Below are positions 35,041 to 40,869 of a DNA stretch of 64,000 bases, in pieces. The translations under genes were made by a program, and so were the position numbers. Within the stretch, counting starts at the first letter, position 1. The number at the start of each line of letters is the position of its first letter. The notes beneath the pieces were generated by a model. That model had not been told where the DNA came from and searched no databases. It saw nothing but the letters and a program-made list of their open reading frames with translations. Where the stretch lies: the NCBI GenBank assembly GCA_013336275.1, contig JAAXUA010000001.1, positions 78,167 to 142,166 of the forward strand, given 5' to 3'. The stretch is from Candidatus Falkowbacteria bacterium (lineage in GTDB: Bacteria > Patescibacteriota > Patescibacteriia > Patescibacteriales > GWE2-39-37).

Positions 35041-36186
35041 ATGAAGCGAAGCTGGTTGAATAGGGAGTTGGCAGGCAATTTAGCCTCCGCGGCCCAGACC
35101 GCGGCTTATCCGGAGTCGGTAAGATTCCGGCTGGCCGGCATCAAGGTCCCGGAGATGGTCAGGAGCGGCAAGAATGTCGCTTCATTGATGATGAGCAGTC
35201 CCATGGTCGCTGACGAATGGCAGCGCAATGTCGAGCCTCGGCTGGCGCAGCTCTTGGCGTCAGCGATCGCCGGACAGAAGGGGGAATTGTTGATCGACGG
35301 TCTGGCGGTCCAGAATATCGAGACGGTCTGGCCGCGCTTGCTGCTCGCTTGCGGAGCCGGCACTAGCCGCTTCTGGGCCAGTTCGATGCAGCCTGGTTTG
35401 GAGCAGTTCGCCCTTTCGGCTAAACAGTCCGGATTGTGGCATCAGGAAATCGTGTGCGGCGAAGCCTCCGGTTTCCTCCCGCAGCTGCGGATGATCAATA
35501 AGAGTTCCAAGCTGGTCGTCACGAGCTTCCCCCATTACCCGAGCGGCGCCATCATGCTTCCGGCGGCTTGGCGTGAGCTCTGCGCTTACTGCGAAGAATC
35601 CGGAACCAGGCTGGTGAATTACAACCGTTCGGCGGATCCTCAATCGAAAATCAGCCGTTTCCATAAGGTGGCGGCTGGGTTCGAGAACCTCTCCTGGCTC
35701 GAGATCTTCGATCCTTGCACCATGCTTGGGAAGAGCGAAGGCTGGTCATTGGTCTCGGTGATAGGTTCGGATGATTTCGTGGCCGACTTCAGGATGGTCG
35801 GCGGCAGCGGCAGGGAGCTGTTTTTGCCGGTCGCGGCCGGAGTCCTGGCCGCGTTCAGGGAAGGATTGGTCGAGAGTTCGGCGGTCATCCTGAGCAAACG
35901 CTCGGCTTTATCCGATCTATGCAAAGTCCTATCCCTACGAGGACTCAGGCTGCTGGTGCAGCCTAAATCCGGCTATCATGCCCTTTGGCAAGCGCCCAAG
36001 ACGCTCGATGGCGAAGATCTCGGCGGCGACGGCAAGGCATTCAATGAAGCGATGAGGCAACGCTACTCAGTCAGCGGCTTGCCGCTTGCAGGCACCATCG
36101 CCTACAGTCCGCTGGATATGCCCCATGGCAACGAGTGGCTAGGTGATCTGGCTGAAAGATTGGGCGGCTCGGTGATCGGATACTGA
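35041..36186 (+). CDS. Hypothetical protein, distantly aminotransferase-fold-like (degenerate)
   Basis: It has a strong SD and its own terminator. LVVTSFPHYPSGAIM and CTMLGKSEGWSLVS loosely mirror the PNNPTG and SFSKxxGxxGxRxG blocks of class I aminotransferases. By eye it is more GC-rich than its neighbours. Confidence 0.45.
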   Translation: MKRSWLNRELAGNLASAAQTAAYPESVRFRLAGIKVPEMVRSGKNVASLMMSSPMVADEWQRNVEPRLAQLLASAIAGQKGELLIDGLAVQNIETVWPRLLLACGAGTSRFWASSMQPGLEQFALSAKQSGLWHQEIVCGEASGFLPQLRMINKSSKLVVTSFPHYPSGAIMLPAAWRELCAYCEESGTRLVNYNRSADPQSKISRFHKVAAGFENLSWLEIFDPCTMLGKSEGWSLVSVIGSDDFVADFRMVGGSGRELFLPVAAGVLAAFREGLVESSAVILSKRSALSDLCKVLSLRGLRLLVQPKSGYHALWQAPKTLDGEDLGGDGKAFNEAMRQRYSVSGLPLAGTIAYSPLDMPHGNEWLGDLAERLGGSVIGY

Positions 36187-36192
36187 TCACGC

Positions 36193-36225
36193 GGCCGCGG
36201 TTCCCAAGGAACCGCGGCCTTTTTT
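36193..36225 (+). terminator. Rho-independent terminator
   Basis: 12-bp stem ggccgcggttcc-caa-ggaaccgcggcc followed by T6. Confidence 0.85.
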
Positions 36226-36247
36226 ATTCGCCGCTTCGGCCTGTACC

Positions 36248-36276
36248 TTGCAAAATCAGGCAAAAGAAAGTATGAT
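36248..36276 (+). promoter_or_regulatory. Putative sigma70 promoter
   Basis: TTGCAA, 17 nt, TATGAT. Confidence 0.5.
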
Positions 36277-36330
36277 TTACCTTTGTGCGAGGATCATTCG
36301 ATAACCACAACAAAACAAAGGAGGTTTTTC

Positions 36331-36729
36331 GTGAAGCGTGTAATTGAGGGCAGAGTGACGACTGCGATAAGCATCAAGGAAATCGTTTTCCGAGGCGAGC
36401 ACCTGCGGATCAACGTGGCCAATACCCGCGAGGCGGCGGCCGCATCCGCCAGGAGATCAGGTTCGAACACCTTGTTCGACAGCTTCGGCGCTCTTGGCAA
36501 GACGATCCTGATCGCCGACAATGCCCAGGCCGGACTCATCGCTGCTTTTTTCGGTCTGACATCAGAAAACATCTTGAACGACTCCGAACGCTTCGGCTTC
36601 CTGCGATCGGCCAAGACCAACCAGACCTGTTATGCCGTTCCTTCCCAAGCCGCGAACTTGTTCCATCAGGTCAGCGGCATTTCCGACACCCCGGTCGAAT
36701 TGCCCATACTTGAGGCAGTCAACCAATAA
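36331..36729 (+). CDS. Hypothetical 132-aa protein (GTG start)
   Basis: AAAGGAGG lies 7 nt upstream of GTG 36331. The track's longer ORF starts at 36283 without an SD. I recognise no motif. Confidence 0.6.
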   Translation: MKRVIEGRVTTAISIKEIVFRGEHLRINVANTREAAAASARRSGSNTLFDSFGALGKTILIADNAQAGLIAAFFGLTSENILNDSERFGFLRSAKTNQTCYAVPSQAANLFHQVSGISDTPVELPILEAVNQ

Positions 36730-36755
36730 CAGATAAGATTCCGATCCTCGCCAAA

Positions 36756-36786
36756 AAGGCCATCAATGTGATGGCCTTATTTTTTG
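36756..36786 (+). terminator. Rho-independent terminator
   Basis: Hairpin aaggccatc-aatgt-gatggcctt followed by attttttg. Confidence 0.8.
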
Positions 36787-36815
36787 TTCAATATTAGGGT
36801 ATATTATCCAATATA

Positions 36816-36844
36816 TTGACATTTTTAGCAAATAGGAGTATAAT
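36816..36844 (+). promoter_or_regulatory. Consensus sigma70 promoter
   Basis: TTGACA, exactly 17 nt, TATAAT. Both hexamers are perfect. Confidence 0.65.
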
Positions 36845-36972
36845 ATCAATATAATCAAGAATCGTTCCTTGAGAGACTAAGCACCAAAACATAGCGCCTT
36901 TTACCAAAAAAGAAATTGTGTTCTGTTGCCTAATCAGAAAAGCAGCCAACCCTGCCGAAGGAGGTGAACATC

Positions 36973-37164
36973 ATGAGACAGCTACTGATCGAAGCATTGT
37001 TCGGAATGACAGCCGTAATGGTTATCTCCTCGCTTATTCTGGATTTGCCCCCGTATCTTTGCAAGAAATTCAAAGAAGCCTGGGCAGTCAGGAAAGCAGC
37101 AGCCGTCACGGAGTCTAACCCCGCCATCCAACCCCAGCCCGTCACCATCCCAGTGAACTCCTAA
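36973..37164 (+). CDS. Hypothetical small membrane protein (63 aa)
   Basis: GAAGGAGG lies 8 nt upstream of ATG 36973. It has one TM helix (FGMTAVMVISSLILDL) followed by a Pro/Gln-rich tail, and its own terminator. Confidence 0.55.
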   Translation: MRQLLIEALFGMTAVMVISSLILDLPPYLCKKFKEAWAVRKAAAVTESNPAIQPQPVTIPVNS

Positions 37165-37180
37165 TGCCAGCCACTGCAGT

Positions 37181-37212
37181 GCCCGTCGCTTATGCGAGCG
37201 GGCGCTTTTTTT
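37181..37212 (+). terminator. Rho-independent terminator
   Basis: Hairpin gcccgtcgc-ttat-gcgagcgggc (9 bp, one bulge) followed by gcT7. Confidence 0.8.
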
Positions 37213-37230
37213 ATCCGTCAGTCCGAAGTG

Positions 37231-37259
37231 TTGACAATATCCTCGAGTTGTGATATAAA
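37231..37259 (+). promoter_or_regulatory. Putative sigma70 promoter
   Basis: TTGACA, 17 nt, TATAAA. Confidence 0.55.
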
Positions 37260-37375
37260 TAATTTTTGACTCAAACGAAAAAACGGCCATTAATGGGCGT
37301 TTTTATCGTTCGGGAACTCGAAAGAAGGGAGGTGAGTCAAGCTGTTCTTTTTTGTTTCTCTGTTCTTTAACTTCA

Positions 37376-37795
37376 ATGGAGGTGTGTGTGACGAAGGATG
37401 AATCATGGCTGTCGAGAATCAAGCGGTATAACGAAGAAGACCTGGCTCGTCGCGCAGACGAGCTGGCAAATAACCGAAGGAGGTTGCTTAACATGCAGTT
37501 TGAACATTTTTCCCAGCTGTTGCGTCTCGGAGACGCGGCTCAGCGGGAGCGTGCTATCGAGGGTCTGTTGTCTATCAAGGGAAGAAGAGTGGTTAACCTT
37601 TTGGCTGAATGGCTGCACAAAGAGACTGATGACCGCTTGCGGGAAAAGGTTCTCGATGTGATCGAGGAATGCATCGAGCTGGATCTGATCTGTGACTCGT
37701 TCACCAAGATGCGGGCCGACGAACTGCCAGTATCCGCCTTGGCGATCTATGCCACGGACATCGCGAACAACTACACACATGCCTTAGCCGCCTAG
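37376..37795 (+). CDS. Hypothetical protein with HEAT/PBS-lyase-like repeat
   Basis: ERAIEGLLSIKGRRVVNLLAEWLHKETDDRLREKVLDVIEE resembles HEAT-like repeats. The start is ambiguous: TTG 37352, ATG 37376, or GTG 37388 just after a GGAGG. Confidence 0.5.
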   Translation: MEVCVTKDESWLSRIKRYNEEDLARRADELANNRRRLLNMQFEHFSQLLRLGDAAQRERAIEGLLSIKGRRVVNLLAEWLHKETDDRLREKVLDVIEECIELDLICDSFTKMRADELPVSALAIYATDIANNYTHALAA

Positions 37796-37812
37796 ACGCG
37801 GCATGAATCTTG

Positions 37813-37844
37813 CGGAGCCGAACTATCGGCTCCGTCTTTTTTTT
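37813..37844 (+). terminator. Rho-independent terminator
   Basis: Hairpin cggagccg-aactat-cggctccg followed by tcT8. Confidence 0.8.
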
Positions 37845-37846
37845 GC

Positions 37847-37877
37847 AAAAAAAAGCCGACCAGATGGGTTGGTCGGC
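37847..37877 (-). terminator. Rho-independent terminator for the minus-strand Cys-rich gene
   Basis: Hairpin gccgacc...ggtcggc, with an A8 run on the + strand that reads as U8 on the minus transcript. Confidence 0.7.
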
Positions 37878-37891
37878 GATTAGAGGCAGGG

Positions 37892-38152
37892 TTAGGCTAG
37901 TTGGGGTTGACGTTGGGGCTTGAATTGGAGTTCACGGTAGTGGACGAAGGTGGAGCCGATTTTGGCGGCGGCAAGAGCGTGGGGAATGCAGAAGGAGCAG
38001 ATGCCGTTGGTGACCGGTAATTCGGTCTTGGTTCTCAGATTGCAGCCTGAGAAGCTGTTGCAGTAGATGCAATCGTTTGCGTTGTGGCCGTCGTGACAGC
38101 CGTAAACGCGCTTGCAATGCTGGCATTCCCTGATGAGAGTCATATCTGACAT
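37892..38152 (-). CDS. Hypothetical Cys-rich small protein (86 aa, 8 Cys, probable zinc-binding)
   Basis: AAGGAGG lies 6 nt upstream of the ATG. Cys pattern: CxxC-x4-C-x8-CxxC-x5-C-x15-CxxC. Confidence 0.6.
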   Translation of the reverse strand: MSDMTLIRECQHCKRVYGCHDGHNANDCIYCNSFSGCNLRTKTELPVTNGICSFCIPHALAAAKIGSTFVHYRELQFKPQRQPQLA

Positions 38153-38211
38153 GAAACACCTCCTTGAAGGTGATTTAGCCTAAACCCATGCAATGAGCAC
38201 TAGATAATTAT

Positions 38212-38240
38212 ATTATAGCACATTTGATAAAATTTGTAAA
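38212..38240 (-). promoter_or_regulatory. Putative sigma70 promoter for the Cys-rich gene
   Basis: On the minus strand: TTTACA, 17 nt, TATAAT with an upstream TGc (extended -10). Confidence 0.6.
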
Positions 38241-38310
38241 AGGCGGCGGCAAATTATTGAAAATATACGCATTTTTTACCTTTATTTTAGCCAAAAACAA
38301 ATATAGTACA

Positions 38311-38335
38311 TAGCACTCTTGACACTTGAGTGCTA
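38311..38335. promoter_or_regulatory. CIRCE operator (HrcA binding site)
   Basis: TAGCACTC-N9-GAGTGCTA matches the CIRCE consensus TTAGCACTC-N9-GAGTGCTAA in 16 of 18 arm positions. The 9-nt spacer contains the TTGACA -35 box. Confidence 0.85.
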
Positions 38336-38348
38336 GCTGCGGTACAAT
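38319..38348 (+). promoter_or_regulatory. Putative sigma70 promoter of hrcA-grpE, overlapped by CIRCE
   Basis: TTGACA (38319-38324), 18 nt, TACAAT (38343-38348). Confidence 0.6.
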
Positions 38349-38368
38349 CAGCAATGGAAGGATATTTT

Positions 38369-39049
38369 ATGAATAAAAGGACCGAACAAATACTCGAAAC
38401 CTTAGTCAAGGAACACATCAAGACCGGACAACCCGTGGGGTCAGAAGCTTTGGTGTCCAAGTACAAGCTCGGTGTTTCCTCGGCTACGGTCAGGAACGAG
38501 ATGGCGGAGCTGGAGAATACCGGATACATAGCGCAGCCGCACACCTCGGCCGGACGCATCCCGACGGAGAAGGCCTATCGCCATTGTTTGGAAAGTCTTC
38601 GCGAGAAGAAAGTCAGCGAGATCGAGGCGGAGATATTATCCAAGCTCTTGGAGCAGCGCGACGAGGCCGGATTGAAACAGGTGGCCAAGGCATTGGCGCA
38701 AGCCAGCAACGCTGCCGTCTTCTGGGCCTTCCACCGCAACAACCTGTTCTATACCGGCGTGGCCAACTTCCTGTCGCAGCCGGAGTTCCGCGAGTCGGGC
38801 CTGATCTACGATGTCTCGGCCATCATCGATAGCGTCGACGAGATCATCGATCATATTTTTAACGAGATCCCTTTTGAGCCGACAGTGCTTGTCGGCACCG
38901 ATAATCCCTTCAGTCCGCTGTGTTCGACTATCATCGTCAAATACCGCATCGGCGATCATGCCGGACTTTTCGGTATCTTGGGGCCGATGCGCATGAATTA
39001 TGAGCGCAACCTATCTTTGGTCAGATTTATCAAACAACATTTAGCATAA
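38369..39049 (+). CDS. hrcA: Heat-inducible transcription repressor HrcA, compact form (226 aa)
   Basis: N-terminal wHTH (PVGSEALVSKYKLGVSSATVRNEMAELENTGYIAQPHTSAGRIPT) and the C-terminal signature GILGPMRMNYERNLSLV. The start is at ATG 38369, after GGAAGGA. Confidence 0.85.
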   Translation: MNKRTEQILETLVKEHIKTGQPVGSEALVSKYKLGVSSATVRNEMAELENTGYIAQPHTSAGRIPTEKAYRHCLESLREKKVSEIEAEILSKLLEQRDEAGLKQVAKALAQASNAAVFWAFHRNNLFYTGVANFLSQPEFRESGLIYDVSAIIDSVDEIIDHIFNEIPFEPTVLVGTDNPFSPLCSTIIVKYRIGDHAGLFGILGPMRMNYERNLSLVRFIKQHLA

Positions 39050-39052
39050 CCT

Positions 39053-39568
39053 ATGGAAACGAAAAAGCACGATAAAGAGGAAACTAAGAAAAGGCACGAC
39101 CACAAACGGTGCGAGCCTTGCGAAACCGAGCTCAATGAACTGGAACATCGCTACAAGACGGCGTTAGCCGATTATCAGAATCTTCTGAAACAGACGGCCA
39201 AGGACAAGCACGAGTTCGCCAAATACGCTAACGAGCAGCTGATACATGAATTCCTGCCGGTCTATGATCACCTGAAATTATCGCTTGCCCATATCGACGC
39301 CGCCGCAGAGAAGAGCAACTGGCTGGTCGGAGTGCAGTATGTCATCAAGCAGTTCCAGGAAGTCTTGGCCAAGCACGGCGTGACCGAAATCAAGACGATT
39401 GGCGAGAAGTTCGACCATAACCTGATGGAGGCGGTCGGAACCGAGCCGGCAGAAACGGACGAGCAGGATGACGTGGTCGCCAAAGAAATCAAGGCCGGCT
39501 ACCTGCTCCATGGCAAAGTCATCACCCCGGCACGGGTCGTAATTTACGAAAAAGCCGTCCAGGAATAG
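39053..39568 (+). CDS. grpE: Nucleotide exchange factor GrpE
   Basis: Coiled-coil region followed by FDHNLMEAV...GYLLHGKVITPARV. Confidence 0.9.
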   Translation: METKKHDKEETKKRHDHKRCEPCETELNELEHRYKTALADYQNLLKQTAKDKHEFAKYANEQLIHEFLPVYDHLKLSLAHIDAAAEKSNWLVGVQYVIKQFQEVLAKHGVTEIKTIGEKFDHNLMEAVGTEPAETDEQDDVVAKEIKAGYLLHGKVITPARVVIYEKAVQE

Positions 39569-39664
39569 TTTAACCATTAGTTAATAAGCGAGTTTTAGAA
39601 TAACACCATTAATTTTTAACCGGACCGCCAACCGCCGAGCGCGGGAAACGGACCACAAAAATCT

Positions 39665-40096
39665 ATGGCAATCATCAAATGGGCTCCGATGCTCGAGCCG
39701 TTCGAGGAGATGGACAAGATGTTTAACGATTTCCTGCCTAGCACCCGTTCGATGGGCGGTGGCTTCATGCCGGCGGTCGACATGTATGAGGATAAGGACA
39801 ATATCATAGTCGAGACGCAGCTGGCCGGCATCGACCCGGATCAGGTCAGCATCTCGATCGAGAACGACATCTTGTCGATCAAGGGGGAGAGCGAGAAGAA
39901 GAGCGAGATCGACGAGAAGAATTACTACCGCAAGGAAATCCGCCGCGGCAGCTTCTACCGTTCGATTCCGCTGCCGACCCACGTTTCCGGCGAGAAGGCT
40001 TCGGCCGAAGCCGATGGCGGGGTTCTTAAAATCACCATTCCCAAGGCCCCAGAAGCCAAGCCAAGGAATATCAAGATCCAGACCAAGAAGAAATAA
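39665..40096 (+). CDS. Small heat-shock protein, Hsp20/alpha-crystallin family
   Basis: The alpha-crystallin core is present: PAVDMYEDKDNIIVETQLAGI...RRGSFYRSIPLP...A.ADGGVLKITIPK. Confidence 0.9.
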   Translation: MAIIKWAPMLEPFEEMDKMFNDFLPSTRSMGGGFMPAVDMYEDKDNIIVETQLAGIDPDQVSISIENDILSIKGESEKKSEIDEKNYYRKEIRRGSFYRSIPLPTHVSGEKASAEADGGVLKITIPKAPEAKPRNIKIQTKKK

Positions 40097-40150
40097 TCGC
40101 CGGTTTCCGTTTGGCCGGAGATGTTCCGGCCAAGAGTTAAGCCGATAATT

Positions 40151-40738
40151 ATGAACATCGAATACGAAGCGACTTTTTTTCCGGTCGAGAAGGACGAGGT
40201 GCGCGAGCGTCTGCGCCTGGCCGGAGCCGAATTGGTCAGGCCGGAGTTCATGCAAAAGCGGGTCACCTTCAAGTTTCCTGAGGGGCACGATATCTACGGC
40301 GGCTGGCTGCGCGTGCGCGACGAGGGTGATAAGGTGACGATGAGCCTTAAGGTCGTCGATGGCGATACGATAACCGACCAGAAGGAAATCTGTCTGACGG
40401 TAGACAGTTTTGGCGAAGCGGAGAAGTTCCTACTGACCGTCGGCTGCACGAAGAAGGCTTACCAGGAGACACGGCGCGAGCTTTGGCGGCTGGATGGCGT
40501 CGAGATCACTATCGATGAGTGGCCGTTCATCGAGCCTTTGGTCGAAGTCGAGGGCGAATCGGAGACGGCCGTGCGCCACGTCAGCGAGCAGCTCGGTTTC
40601 GATTACAGCAAGGCGCTGTTCTGCGCTGTCGGCTATCTGTACAAGCTGAAATACGGCGTCGCCTTGGATGAAATCAATAACCGCACGCCGAAGATAACTT
40701 TTGAAATGGAAAATCCGTTCGTCAAAAACCGTTCTTAA
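40151..40738 (+). CDS. CYTH-domain protein (triphosphate tunnel metalloenzyme / class IV adenylyl cyclase-like)
   Basis: About 195 aa with the N-terminal strand NIEYEATF (an ExExK-like motif with K replaced by T). Alternating charged beta-strands follow (LRVRDEGDKVTMSLK, EITIDEWPF...VEVE), typical of the CYTH tunnel fold. I chose ATG 40151 because the track start at 40121 lies inside a hairpin. Confidence 0.6.
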   Translation: MNIEYEATFFPVEKDEVRERLRLAGAELVRPEFMQKRVTFKFPEGHDIYGGWLRVRDEGDKVTMSLKVVDGDTITDQKEICLTVDSFGEAEKFLLTVGCTKKAYQETRRELWRLDGVEITIDEWPFIEPLVEVEGESETAVRHVSEQLGFDYSKALFCAVGYLYKLKYGVALDEINNRTPKITFEMENPFVKNRS

Positions 40739-40759
40739 TCCGAACAACCCCGCTCGACA

Positions 40760-40817
40760 TTCAGCATTATTTTTTCTGCTTAGACGAGTACGTATGCGCA
40801 GAAAAAATAATGCTGAA
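40760..40817. repeat. Perfect 20-bp inverted repeat with 18-nt spacer, 52 nt upstream of dnaK
   Basis: TTCAGCATTATTTTTTCTGC (40760-40779) and GCAGAAAAAATAATGCTGAA (40798-40817) are exact reverse complements. Confidence 0.85.
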
Positions 40818-40869
40818 CATCAAGCTAGCTCAGAGCAAAAAATAATTTTAAATAATTAGTAAAAACAAT

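Noticed and set aside
37303-37494. 63-aa minus-strand ORF, plus several overlapping 60-125-aa ORFs on both strands in the 36.9-37.8 kb island.
   Set aside because: They overlap the better-supported + strand genes, which have an SD, promoter and terminator in the correct orientation. They themselves lack any start signals.
39569-39664. Possible second heat-shock operator upstream of hsp20 (TTAAC-cat-ta-GTTAA and the duplicated ACCATTA).
   Set aside because: The arms are only 5 bp in AT-rich sequence, there is no resemblance to CIRCE or HAIR, and such a match is expected by chance.
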